DNA of 60,653 bases from Candidatus Methylomirabilota bacterium (lineage in GTDB: Bacteria; Methylomirabilota; Methylomirabilia; Rokubacteriales; CSP1-6). The number at the start of each line of letters is the position of its first letter. Position 1 is the first letter of the stretch. The stretch covers positions 1-60,653 of the forward strand of contig JBKPAK010000070.1 in the NCBI GenBank assembly GCA_046726415.1, in the 5' to 3' direction. The position numbers were made by a program, and so were the translations under genes. This document shows positions 48,044 through 57,978 of the stretch, one piece after another. The notes beneath the pieces are model-generated. The model had not been told where the DNA came from. It saw nothing but the letters and a program-made list of their open reading frames with translations, and made no database searches.

Positions 48044-49210
48044 TCACGCGCGCGCGTAGCGGCGCACGAACTCCTCGTCGACCGTGATGCCGAGCCCCGG
48101 CCGGTCCGGGATCTCGAGCAGGCCCTCCACCACCGTGAACTTCTCGTGAACGAGCTCATGCAGCAATGGGTTCGCACCGAGGGAGTACTCGAGGATGAAC
48201 CCGGCGCTCTGGCTGGTGGCCAGCGCGATACCGGCCGCGAAGCCGGGCGCGCCGGACCACAGGTGCGGCGCCAGTCGCAGGTTATACGCCGAGGCCACCG
48301 CCGCGATGCGCACGCCCTCGGTGATGCCGCCCGCGATGGCCAGGTCAGGCTGCAGCACGTCCGCCGCGCGCAGCTCAGCGATCTCGCGGAAGTCGTGCCG
48401 GGTGAACTCGCTCTCGCCCGTGGCGATGGGGACCGTCGATGCGCGGCGCACCTCGGCGAGGCCGCTTTTGTCGTCAGCCGTCACCGGCTCCTCGAGCCAG
48501 TAGAGATCGCAGTCCTCGACCATGCGACAGAACGCTTTGGCCTCCGAGACCGTCCACGTCCCGTGCGCGTCGGCCATCAGCTTCACGTCAGGTCCGAGCG
48601 CCTTGCGGGCCGCGCGCACCCGCGCCGCGGATCGATGCGGCTCGCCGTCCATCACCCCGACGCGCATCTTGACGGCCCGGAACCCGGCCTGGGCCACGTA
48701 GCCGAGGAGCTGCTCGCCGATGCCGGACTCATCGGCCCAGCCCCCTGACGCGTAGGCGGGCATCCGCTCGGCCCGCCGCCCACCGAGCAACCGCCAGACC
48801 GGTACGCCGAGCGACTTGCCGAGCAGATCCCAGAGCGCGATGTCGACCCCAGCGATCGCCGAGATCGAGAGGCCTCGCCGCCCGAGCTGCGGCAGCACGT
48901 GGCCGCGGTCGAGGGCATAGCCCTCGCGCGGCGTGTTGTACATCACGTCCCACAGGCGGCTCACGTCGCGCGGGTCCTGCCCGACGAGGAGGGGGGCGTA
49001 GTCCAGGTTGATGATGGCGGCCAGGCCGTATGCCGACGCCGCGCTGCCCACGCCGGCCTTGGCCTCGCCCCAACCCACGAGCCCCGCGTCCGTCTCGACC
49101 TTCACGATCACGGAGTCGAAGGAGGCGATGCGACCGAAGTCGCTGGTGTGCTGGCGCTCGTAGGGGATGGGAACGTGGACCCAGGTAGCCTGGACCTTGG
49201 TGATCTTCAT
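48044..49210 (-). CDS. mandelate racemase/muconate lactonizing enzyme family protein
   Basis: GLVGWGE, VDIALWD, YASGG, KMRVG, MADAH, WLEEP, TGESE, APH, PGLG. Confidence 0.95.
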   Translation of the reverse strand: MKITKVQATWVHVPIPYERQHTSDFGRIASFDSVIVKVETDAGLVGWGEAKAGVGSAASAYGLAAIINLDYAPLLVGQDPRDVSRLWDVMYNTPREGYALDRGHVLPQLGRRGLSISAIAGVDIALWDLLGKSLGVPVWRLLGGRRAERMPAYASGGWADESGIGEQLLGYVAQAGFRAVKMRVGVMDGEPHRSAARVRAARKALGPDVKLMADAHGTWTVSEAKAFCRMVEDCDLYWLEEPVTADDKSGLAEVRRASTVPIATGESEFTRHDFREIAELRAADVLQPDLAIAGGITEGVRIAAVASAYNLRLAPHLWSGAPGFAAGIALATSQSAGFILEYSLGANPLLHELVHEKFTVVEGLLEIPDRPGLGITVDEEFVRRYARA

Positions 49211-49279
49211 CGGACGATCGCTCCTCCACGGGGATCGGTGCGGGCCCTCTCGTACCCCGCCCGAGGAGCCGCTGTCAAG

Positions 49280-49330
49280 GGTTCGCGCCATCGCGATATC
49301 GTATCAACAACTGGTTCGCGCCATCGCGAT
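49280..49330. repeat. 18-bp perfect direct repeat with 15-bp AT-rich spacer in a divergent intergenic region
   Basis: GGTTCGCGCCATCGCGAT at 49280-49297 and 49313-49330. Confidence 0.85.
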
Positions 49331-49443
49331 TCGCCTTCCGAGGTCTGGCCCCGGAATGGGCGGGCGGAACGGTCCCGGGCCCCGACTGGACCCAGACCGC
49401 CTAACGGCGTTAAGGTTGCCCCACTAGATCGACGGAGGTTCCC

Positions 49444-51042
49444 ATGGCGAGCGCGGGTAACGGGACGGCCACGCTGTATGCGAAGCTTGAGGATCGGTAC
49501 CTGGCGCGTGACCAGGTCGGGGCCACCTTGGTCTTCCACGAGCTGGTCAAGGCCGGACGGCCGGTCACCGAGATCGCCCGCGAGACGGTGCGCATCCACG
49601 CTCCGTACACGCACGTGCCCTACCACCAAAGGATCGATCGCGGCTTCATCCGTTTCGTGAACAACGATCACTGCCTCTCCATCGTCCGCGCGGGCCTCCG
49701 GCTGCCGGCCTACGTCTCGCAAGAGCTCGCCTATCTGCCCATGGCCCAGGCCGTCTGGTATGTGCCCACGGCGCTCGACCCGTGGAATCAGCTCCTCGGG
49801 AACGCCCCGGGTCACTACGGGCGGCGCGCATGGAGAGGGGGCAAGACGCCGCCGTTTCCCAGGCCAACCGCCCACTGGGCCGACCAGTCGCCGCTCCCGC
49901 TGGACGGGCCGTACGAGGACCGCCTCGACCACTGGCTCACCCTCGTTCAGCAGGGAGAGGTGATTCCGGCCTATCGCGTGTTCCTCGGGCTCTTCGAAGA
50001 GCGCGAGCGACGTCGTGATCTCTTCGCCCAGCTCGCCTTCGCCGGGCTCATCGACGTGCAAGACCGGATGCTGTACAACCGCTCCTACACCACCGGACAC
50101 AAGTCGTACCGCGCCCGCGCCACCATCGAGCTGGGAAACGCGATCGGCTGGGAGGACGCTCACGACGTCATGTACGCGGGTGTTCTCGACATGGCCGTGG
50201 GCCCGCGCTGGCACGCAAACTACGAAATGGCCTGCCAGGTGAGCTGGATCCACCTCGCCGACGACGAGCATCGGAATCAGTCTTCGCTCGACCTGAGCCC
50301 GTCGGTCGTGTGCGAGGAGCGCCTGCTCGCCAATCGCCAGCCGCTCACACCCAAGGATGCCCAGGAGCTGGTCGAGGCGCTCACCCAGGCGCAGGAACCG
50401 GCCTACATCGATGCGATCACCGCGCTCCTGCTCGCCGGCAAGGAGCCCTTGCAGATTCTCGACGCCATGCAGGTGGCCATTGCCGACCTCCTTCTCGAGA
50501 CCGGCGACGGGCGCAACTTCTCCATGCCTCAGCACTGTTTTCAGTACTCGAATACGCTGCGCTGGTTTTTCACCGACTTCGACCACCCCCACCGCCTCAA
50601 GCTCCTGTATGTGGCCGGCTCGTTCATCAACCAGACCGCTCACTGGCTCCGGGCCACCCCCGGCAACGGCAAGGCTGACACCCGCCCGCCGCAGGGTTCC
50701 GCGGCGATGGCCGCCGACGAGATCCTGCGTCGCCTCGATGAGGCCCAGGTGGCAATGAAGCCCGCCGAGAGCGTGGCGTGGACCCGCGCCTATCTCGCCG
50801 GCGGTCACGGGCGCGCGCGCCTGGTGGAAACGCTCGCGCTCGATGCCCTCAAGCACGGCAACGACACGCACAACCAGGAGATCGCGCTCTGTCTGCTGGA
50901 CGACTACCGCCGCAACCCCCACGGCGACCGCGAGCAGTTGTTGCTCGCCTGTGCCCAGCACACTGCGGGACACCAGAAATACGGTGACACCCTGGAGCCC
51001 TACCGCCGTTACCTGGAGGCCGTGGGAGTGAGCGAGACGTGA
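49444..51042 (+). CDS. conserved-looking hypothetical all-helical protein with four His-motif repeats
   Basis: GGAGG RBS, 532 aa, typical codon usage; NNDHCL, TTGHKSY, MPQHCF, NDTHNQ motifs. Confidence 0.85.
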   Translation: MASAGNGTATLYAKLEDRYLARDQVGATLVFHELVKAGRPVTEIARETVRIHAPYTHVPYHQRIDRGFIRFVNNDHCLSIVRAGLRLPAYVSQELAYLPMAQAVWYVPTALDPWNQLLGNAPGHYGRRAWRGGKTPPFPRPTAHWADQSPLPLDGPYEDRLDHWLTLVQQGEVIPAYRVFLGLFEERERRRDLFAQLAFAGLIDVQDRMLYNRSYTTGHKSYRARATIELGNAIGWEDAHDVMYAGVLDMAVGPRWHANYEMACQVSWIHLADDEHRNQSSLDLSPSVVCEERLLANRQPLTPKDAQELVEALTQAQEPAYIDAITALLLAGKEPLQILDAMQVAIADLLLETGDGRNFSMPQHCFQYSNTLRWFFTDFDHPHRLKLLYVAGSFINQTAHWLRATPGNGKADTRPPQGSAAMAADEILRRLDEAQVAMKPAESVAWTRAYLAGGHGRARLVETLALDALKHGNDTHNQEIALCLLDDYRRNPHGDREQLLLACAQHTAGHQKYGDTLEPYRRYLEAVGVSET

Positions 51043-51174
51043 TCGGACCGAGGGCCTGAGGCCGCTTCGCCGCTTCCGCGGCTCGTGGCGCCGGCGGCGA
51101 CCGCGGGCGTCGATCTGTCCGGTTCGATGTACTCTGCGCGAGGTCGAACCCGCTCACGGAGTTGGAGTCAGGCG

Positions 51175-52392
51175 ATGAGACAGGGCTTTCGAGTGATCGA
51201 TTCGGACACGCACGTCAATCCCTCTCTGGACGTATTGCTGCGCCACGCCGACAGCGAGCTCCGCGATCGGCTGGACGATCTCCAGCCCTACACGCGGATG
51301 GTCACGCCGCAGCCCGGACGGGGTGACGCTGAGGACGTGGAGACCTACGCGACCTTGTCGATCAAGCCCGTGCGCCTGCAGCGAGTGGCCGGGGAGAAAC
51401 CCCGTCCCCCTGCGCCGGTGGGCGCCGATCGAGGATTTCTGTCGGGACGCACGCAGATGGCCACGAAGCAGCCCGTCACCGCGCGGGTCGCCGAGGACAA
51501 TGCCGAGGGGCGGCTCCGAGATATGGACGTCGAAGGCCGCGACATCGATTTCATCATCCCAGGGCCGTGGGCGTATGGCGCCCCCGCGCTGATGCCACAC
51601 TTGGCCAGGGGTCTCTACCGCGCGTATCACCGCTACATCGCGGAGTACTGTTCGGCGGACTCACGCCGCCTCAAGAGCATGGTGCTGGCGCTGGCCAGCG
51701 ACCCGACCTGGAGCGCACAGGTGATCGAAGAGTACGCGCGCGAGGACTGGGTGGCCGCAGTCTGGCCGTTGCTGCCCGAGGGCATGCCGGTCGACGATCC
51801 CGATCTGGAACCCATCTGGGCGGCGGCCGACGAGGCCGATCTGCCCGTCATGTACCACGCGTTCACCATCGAGACTCCGTACTTCCCGGGGTATCGCGAC
51901 ATCTGGGATAACCCGGCCATGGGCCGATGCGCTGGGCAGACGTGGGGCGGTCAACGCTTCCTGTCGTTCATGCTGATGGGCGGCATGCTCGACCGCTATC
52001 CCAACCTGCGCGTCGGTACGCTGGAGAGTGGGCACGGATGGTTGCCCCATTGGCTGGTGCGCTTGACTCGCCAGATCGATTACGTGCGAGGTTCGGTGTC
52101 GCCGGCCCTGAAGCACACTCCCCTCGAGTACGCCCAGATGGGGCGAGTCTTCTGCAGCATCGACTTCTCGGAGGGGGTGGCCCTGACGAAGGCGGCGATC
52201 GAACAGCTCGGCGATCATGTGCTCATGTTCGCTTCGGACTATCCGCACCCCGAGACAATCTTCCCCGATCATGCCGACACGGTGATCGCCTGGCGGCGGC
52301 AGCTAGGTGAACCGGCGATGCAGAAGCTCACGTGGGAAAATGCCACCCGCTTCTTTCGACTGACCTCGACGCCGTGGAGTGACCGACGCTAG
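51175..52392 (+). CDS. amidohydrolase_2 family protein
   Basis: VIDSDTHV, RLRDMD.EG.D, PVMYH, LESG.GWLP, FASDYPH, NA.RF. Confidence 0.9.
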   Translation: MRQGFRVIDSDTHVNPSLDVLLRHADSELRDRLDDLQPYTRMVTPQPGRGDAEDVETYATLSIKPVRLQRVAGEKPRPPAPVGADRGFLSGRTQMATKQPVTARVAEDNAEGRLRDMDVEGRDIDFIIPGPWAYGAPALMPHLARGLYRAYHRYIAEYCSADSRRLKSMVLALASDPTWSAQVIEEYAREDWVAAVWPLLPEGMPVDDPDLEPIWAAADEADLPVMYHAFTIETPYFPGYRDIWDNPAMGRCAGQTWGGQRFLSFMLMGGMLDRYPNLRVGTLESGHGWLPHWLVRLTRQIDYVRGSVSPALKHTPLEYAQMGRVFCSIDFSEGVALTKAAIEQLGDHVLMFASDYPHPETIFPDHADTVIAWRRQLGEPAMQKLTWENATRFFRLTSTPWSDRR

Positions 52393-52421
52393 CTCGCCCA
52401 ACGCCCTGACGCCCGACTGGC

Positions 52422-54047
52422 ATGGCCCCGCGCGTGACAACGCCATCACCGGACGCACCGCCGGTCTCCCCCGCCCGCAAGTGGGCCATCACCTTCACGG
52501 TCATGGTGGTGGCCTTCATGCAGATCCTCGACACCAGCGTCACCAACGTCATCCTCCCGCACCTGCAGGGCTCGCTGTCGGCGGGACTGGACGAGGTGTC
52601 GTGGGTAATCACCTCCTACCTCGCGGCCAACGCCGTGGTCATCCCGGCCACGGGGTGGCTGGCCGGGCTGTTCGGGCGCAAGCGGTTCTTCCTGATCTGC
52701 ACCGTGCTCTTCGTGGTCAGTTCGTTCCTCTCCGGCGCCGCCCCCGACCTGACCACGCTGATCATAGCCCGCATCTTCCAGGGCCTCGGCGGTGGTCCGA
52801 TCATCCCGCTCTCGCAGGCGATCCTCTGGGAGATCTTCCCCTTTCACCAGCGAGGCCTCGCCATGGCCGTCTGGGGAGTCGGCTTCATCCTCGGGCCCAT
52901 CCTGGGGCCGACCGTTGGCGGCTACATGGCCGACGAGTGGTCGTGGCGGTGGATCTTCTACATCAACTTGCCCGTCGGGATCGCCGGCTTCCTCCTAGGT
53001 AGCGCCTTCCTGTTCGACCCGCCGTATCTGCGCCGAGCCGCGCGCATCGACTGGTGGGGTCTCGGGCTGATGGTCGCGGGCTTTGGCTGCCTTCAGCTCG
53101 TCCTGGACCGCGGCGAGCGCGAGGACTGGTTCGACTCGACGACGATCGTCGCCCTGGCGATCGTCGCCGTCTGCGCGCTGGTCGGCTTCCTGATCCGCGA
53201 GCTGACGACCAGCGACCCCGTCCTGGATCTCACCGTGTTCACCGACCGCAACTTCGCCACTGGCGCCACCCTGAGTTCGATCATCGGCTTCGGCATGTTC
53301 TCGGGCATGCTGCTGGTCGCCGTCTTCACGCAGAAACTTCTCGGCTACGATGCGTGGACCTCGGGCCTGGTGCTGGCCCCCGGCGGTCTGGGCAACGTGT
53401 TCTCGCTGTTCACCTCGGGAATGGTCACCCGCGTCGATCAGCGATTGATGCTGGCCTTCGGCTGCCTGCTCAATGCCGTCAGCCTTTACATGATGACGTC
53501 CCTCACGCTCGGGATGGACTACTGGGCGCTCGCGTTCCCCCGCTTCATCCAGGGATTCGCGGTCGGTTTCATCTTCGTGCCGCTCTCCACCCTCACCCTG
53601 GCCACCATCCAGCGCCACAAGCTCGTCAACGCCACCGCCGTGTACGGCATGGCCCGCAACTTCGGCGGCAGCGTGGGCATCGCGCTGGTCACGACCTTGC
53701 TCGCCCAGCGCAGCCAGTTCCACCAGGCCACCTTGGTGAGCCACGTCACCGCCTGGGACCCCGAGACTCGGGCCCGCTTGCTGCACTGGGCGAGCCACTT
53801 CGCGGCCAAGGGCAGTGACGCCTTCACCGCCGAACGCCAAGCGATGGCCATGCTCTATCGCGAAACGGTGACGCAAGCCCAGCTCTTGGCCTACGCGGAC
53901 GACTTCTGGCTGCTGGCGATGATGTTCGCCGCGGTGCCCCTGCTCCTACCGTTCATGCGGCGCATCCGGCTCGAGACGGCGGCGCCGGTGAGCGTGGTGA
54001 CGAGTGAGGCGCCGCGTCGGCACGCCGTGAAGGAAGGCGCCGCGTGA
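52422..54047 (+). CDS. DHA2 (EmrB/QacA) MFS efflux permease
   Basis: LDTSVTNV.LP, WVITSY, FGRKR, RIFQG.GGG, GP.LGP.VGG, WRWIFYINLP.G. Confidence 0.95.
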   Translation: MAPRVTTPSPDAPPVSPARKWAITFTVMVVAFMQILDTSVTNVILPHLQGSLSAGLDEVSWVITSYLAANAVVIPATGWLAGLFGRKRFFLICTVLFVVSSFLSGAAPDLTTLIIARIFQGLGGGPIIPLSQAILWEIFPFHQRGLAMAVWGVGFILGPILGPTVGGYMADEWSWRWIFYINLPVGIAGFLLGSAFLFDPPYLRRAARIDWWGLGLMVAGFGCLQLVLDRGEREDWFDSTTIVALAIVAVCALVGFLIRELTTSDPVLDLTVFTDRNFATGATLSSIIGFGMFSGMLLVAVFTQKLLGYDAWTSGLVLAPGGLGNVFSLFTSGMVTRVDQRLMLAFGCLLNAVSLYMMTSLTLGMDYWALAFPRFIQGFAVGFIFVPLSTLTLATIQRHKLVNATAVYGMARNFGGSVGIALVTTLLAQRSQFHQATLVSHVTAWDPETRARLLHWASHFAAKGSDAFTAERQAMAMLYRETVTQAQLLAYADDFWLLAMMFAAVPLLLPFMRRIRLETAAPVSVVTSEAPRRHAVKEGAA

Positions 54048-54125
54048 CTGGCCCGGAGGCGGCGGTCGAGCCAGTCGCCCTGTCCTGGCCGCAGGCTGAG
54101 GCGGCACCCTCCTGCCGTGTAGTGA

Positions 54126-54825
54126 GTGTGGTACGGTGACGCAGTACACGACGCCCGCCGAGCTGGCCTCTTCGGCTTCGTCTTCCAGGAATCGGTGCTC
54201 TTTCCGTGGCTCACCGCCCTGGCCAACGTCGAGTTGCCCCTTAAGGTCGGGCGCCCGGAGCGGCCCCGGGATCCGCGCGAGCTGCTGGAGTTAGTCGGCC
54301 TCCGTGAGTTCGCCGGGCTACTATCCCCAACAGCTCTCAGGCGGCATGCCCTTCGCACTCGCCGTGCGCAGCATTCCGGTGGTGGCGCTGACCCCCCTCC
54401 TCATTTTCTTGCTCGGCGTGGACTGGAAGCCGAAAGTGGCGGTGGCCGCGCTGGTCGTCTTCTTCCCCACCCTGGTCAACATGGCGATCGGGCTGCGGGC
54501 GGTCGACGCGCGCGCCTTCGAGCTCATGCACGTGCTGAATGCCAGTCGCGGGCAGGTGCTGTTCCGGCTGCGCTTCCCGTCGTCGGTACCGTACTTTTTC
54601 GCGGCGCTCAAGGTGGCCGTGCCGTCGGCGGTGCTGGGGGCGGCGGTGGCCGAGTGGATCAACGCTGGGGCCGGAATCGGCTACCTCGTCATCATCGCGA
54701 CGTTCCAGTTTCAGACACCGCTCCTCTACGCCACCATGGTCGTGGTGTGCGCGACCACGATGGTTCTGTACTGGAGCGTCGGCCTCCTCGAGCGCTGGCT
54801 GGTGCCGTGGCGCGAGGAACGGTAG
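54126..54825 (+). pseudogene. chimera of an internal SsuB/TauB-type ABC ATPase fragment and the C-terminal half of an SsuC-type permease
   Basis: GFVFQESVLFPWLTALANVELPL...YPQQLSGGM joined to PFALAVRSIPVVAL.PL...FFP.LVN...LRFPSSVPYFF.ALK...AEW. Confidence 0.85.
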
Positions 54826-54922
54826 GTGCGAGACGCAGCACGGACCGGGGCTGGGACCCCGGCGGGCGAGGCGAGCCTACAGAGAGTTGGGCGAGCCGCC
54901 GCACGACAAAGGAGACTTCGAG

Positions 54923-55816
54923 ATGACGGGAACCACCATTCCGCACACGCCGTTTGCCCTGATCTCGGGCAGTGGCTCCTGGGGCGTCGACTTTCCCGCC
55001 GGTGTCGGCGAGCCGGGGATCGCGGTCGTCGAGCGCGGCCTGGCGTTCGAGACGCCGCACGGGCGCATCGAGAACTTCTCCATCTTCCGAATCGCCGGCA
55101 GCGAGACGGTGGACGGCCGCGAACGGCTCGTGGTGAACGTCTTCGCGCACGGCTGGCGGCTTGGCGTGCTGGACCATGGCTCCTTTCTCCAGACCTTCTG
55201 GGTCCTGCGCGAGGCGGGCGTGCGGAAGATCATCGCCGAGAGCACGTGCGGCTCACTCAATCGGGCGCTCCGGCCGCGGGATCTCGTGATCAGCGCCGAC
55301 ATCATCGACTTCACCCAGACGCGGCTCACCCTCCTGCCCGACCGCTTCACGTATCTCTGCACCGGCGCCCAGATGTTCTGTCCCGCCATCGGCGAGACGC
55401 TGAAGCGGGCGGCGCTGGGCCTGTGGCCGTCGGGCGGGCGCGTCTACGGGCGGGACGACGGGCTGATCATGGGCATCACCCTCGGGCCGCGCTTCGAGAC
55501 CCCGGCCGAGGCGCGCTGGCTTCAGCGCAGCGACTGCGACCTGGTGGGCCAGAGTGCCGGCCCCGAGGTCTTCCTGGCCCGCGAGATCGGCGCCTGCTAC
55601 GCCTCCAGCTCGTACGTCGTCAACTGGGTGGACGGCATCCGCGAGCAGACGTGGGAGCTTGACGGGATCCACGACGAGCTGAAGTTGCCGGCCAGTCGCC
55701 TCGTGCTGCGGGCCATGAAGCGCGTCACGCTCGACGAGGACTGCGGATGCACGAAGTACCGGAAGCCGCGACCGCAGCACTACCACGAATCGGTCAAGCG
55801 CGCCGGGGTACCCTGA
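54923..55816 (+). CDS. MTAP-family purine nucleoside phosphorylase
   Basis: ISGSG, FETPHG, HG, GSL...PRDLVI..D.IDFT, GPRFETPAE, PEV.LAREIG.CY; AAAGGAG RBS. Confidence 0.85.
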   Translation: MTGTTIPHTPFALISGSGSWGVDFPAGVGEPGIAVVERGLAFETPHGRIENFSIFRIAGSETVDGRERLVVNVFAHGWRLGVLDHGSFLQTFWVLREAGVRKIIAESTCGSLNRALRPRDLVISADIIDFTQTRLTLLPDRFTYLCTGAQMFCPAIGETLKRAALGLWPSGGRVYGRDDGLIMGITLGPRFETPAEARWLQRSDCDLVGQSAGPEVFLAREIGACYASSSYVVNWVDGIREQTWELDGIHDELKLPASRLVLRAMKRVTLDEDCGCTKYRKPRPQHYHESVKRAGVP

Positions 55817-55885
55817 ACACGGCGCCCTCGATCCCGCGCCGCCCCCCTCGATGCGGCAGGTCGACGGCGCAACCGTCGCCGGCCT

Positions 55886-56500
55886 CTACCCCTTGACACC
55901 CAGCATGGACAACGTCTGGTCGAGGGTCCGGACGCGCGCGTACATCTTCATCGCCTTGTTCAGGCTGTAGGCGTGGGCCTCCGGATCGCTGCTCCAGCAG
56001 CACTCGCGGACCACGATCGCGGTGAGGTCCATGCTGAACGCCTCGCGCACGCTGGTCTCCACGCCGCGGTTCGTCGCGCCCCCGCCGATGAGGATCGTGT
56101 CGCGCTTGATCATGCGCAAGAGGTCGGCCACGCCGGTCCCGTAGAACGCGCTGGGCCGGCGCTTGAGGAACACGTAGTCCTCCGGCCTCGGGGCAATCTC
56201 GTCGGGGAAGCCGGCGTCGCGCGTCCCCTCGATGCAGTTCGCGAGGGACGGCCGACCGGTCTCGGCGCTCAGATCCGTCGGCAGAAGGGTGACGTCGGCG
56301 CTGTCCGCCCGGCTGACTGGCGTGGTGTAGATCACCGGGACGCGCAACGACCGGCAGGCTGCGATGAGTCGGATGTAGGCGTCGAGGACCGGCCGCATGC
56401 TCTGCCGTCGCTCGGAGTCGGCCGGCGTCAGATGCCGCCAGCAGGCGTCGTAGGCGATGAAGGCCGTTCGACTCGGGTCGATCCGTTCCTGGTCTGCCAT
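55886..56500 (-). CDS. isochorismatase/cysteine-hydrolase family protein
   Basis: TAFIAYD, KRRPSAFYGT, GGATNRGVETSVREA. Confidence 0.85.
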   Translation of the reverse strand: MADQERIDPSRTAFIAYDACWRHLTPADSERRQSMRPVLDAYIRLIAACRSLRVPVIYTTPVSRADSADVTLLPTDLSAETGRPSLANCIEGTRDAGFPDEIAPRPEDYVFLKRRPSAFYGTGVADLLRMIKRDTILIGGGATNRGVETSVREAFSMDLTAIVVRECCWSSDPEAHAYSLNKAMKMYARVRTLDQTLSMLGVKG

Positions 56501-56652
56501 CGCCATTCCTTTCTGGGGCGGCCGGTTGCGCCTCATGGTCACCATGACACGATCCGTGCGCCGTGCGCACCCTCATTGACCGCGCGGTGGTGACGGGGGC
56601 AGGATTGCCGGCGGCAGAGGACGCTCGACTCAGCGGCGAGGGGGAGGGACGT

Positions 56653-57948
56653 ATGACTGGAGTGCCACGCCGTGGATTTCTGCGGTTCGCCGGCTCGTTC
56701 GCGGTTGTCTCGGCATCAAGCCTGCTCGTGCTGCGGTCGCTGCGCGCGGCGATGGGGCCGAACGACAAGTTCGATCTGCTGGTCAAGGGCGGCGAGGTGC
56801 TCGACCCGAGCCAGAAGCTGCGCGCGAAGCGCGACATCGGGATTCGCTTCGGCATCGTCGAGGCGGTCGATCTCGACATTCCGGTGGCGAGGGCCAACCG
56901 CGTGCTGAATGCCGAAGGCAAGCTGGTGGTGCCCGGACTGATCGACCTGCATTCGCACGTGTTTCCCTACGGATCGGCGATCGGCATCCCCGCCGACGAG
57001 CTGGTGCCGTTCCAGGGAACCACTACGGTCGTCTCCGCCGGCGACGCCGGCGCCAACAACTTCGCCGTGTTCCGCCGGTACATCGTGGCGCAGACGCGCA
57101 CGCGCATGTACGCCTTCGTGCACATCGCCAACATCGGCCTGGGCGGCTTCCCGGTCGCCGAGCTCTTCAACGTCGACTTCGCGCAGGTGGACGCGGCGGC
57201 CAAAGCGGTGGCCGAAAACGCCGACATTGTGCTCGGCGTCAAGGTGCGAATGTCCGAGAACGTCATCGCCCGCCATGGGCTGGAGCCGCTCCGGCGCGCC
57301 GTCCAGGCGTGCGAGAGGGCCGGGACTGGCGCGAAAGTGATGTGCCACATCGGCGGTGTGGAGACGCCGTCGCTGATGTCCGAGATCCTCGACGCCCTGC
57401 GGCCAGGCGACGTCCTGACGCACTGTTACACAGGCGCCCCGAATGTGGGCGGCCAGTTCACCAACATCGTGCAGGGCGGGAAACTCCTGCCGGCCGCGCT
57501 CGCCGCCAAGCGACGCGGTGTGGTCTTCGACATCGGCCACGGAGGCGGCAGCTTCGACTACGCGGTGGCGGAAGCGGCCATCCAGCAGGGGTGCCCGCCC
57601 GACGTGATCTCCTCCGATATCCACGTCTTCTCGGGCAACACGCCGGGAATGCCATATCTCACCTGGGTGATGAGCAAGTTCCTCAACATGGGCTTCACCC
57701 TCGAACAGGTGGTCGCGATGGCCACCGCGAACCCGGCGCAGGTGATCAACCGCGCCCCGAAGCTCGGCACCCTGCAGGGCGGGGCGCCGGGCGACGTGAC
57801 GGTGCTGGAGGTGGTCGAGGGGCCGGTGGAGTTCGTCGACACGCGAAACAACAAGCGCACCGGCAAGGTTCACCTCAGGCCCGTGCAGGCGGTGGCCGCG
57901 GGCGTGGCGTTCGGCCGCCCCTACCAGGCCCCGTTCACCGTGCGCTGA
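56653..57948 (+). CDS. dihydroorotase-like amidohydrolase/deacetylase with Tat signal
   Basis: PRRGFL + hydrophobic segment; PGLIDLHSH, DAG..NF, GVKVR, MCH, LTH, DIGHGGGSF, ISSDIH. Confidence 0.9.
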   Translation: MTGVPRRGFLRFAGSFAVVSASSLLVLRSLRAAMGPNDKFDLLVKGGEVLDPSQKLRAKRDIGIRFGIVEAVDLDIPVARANRVLNAEGKLVVPGLIDLHSHVFPYGSAIGIPADELVPFQGTTTVVSAGDAGANNFAVFRRYIVAQTRTRMYAFVHIANIGLGGFPVAELFNVDFAQVDAAAKAVAENADIVLGVKVRMSENVIARHGLEPLRRAVQACERAGTGAKVMCHIGGVETPSLMSEILDALRPGDVLTHCYTGAPNVGGQFTNIVQGGKLLPAALAAKRRGVVFDIGHGGGSFDYAVAEAAIQQGCPPDVISSDIHVFSGNTPGMPYLTWVMSKFLNMGFTLEQVVAMATANPAQVINRAPKLGTLQGGAPGDVTVLEVVEGPVEFVDTRNNKRTGKVHLRPVQAVAAGVAFGRPYQAPFTVR

Positions 57949-57978
57949 TCCGACGGCTGGGCGAGGACGGAGCGCTGC

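Noticed and set aside
49280-49330. Mini-CRISPR
   Set aside because: Only two 18-bp repeats with a 15-bp spacer, too short for a CRISPR array.
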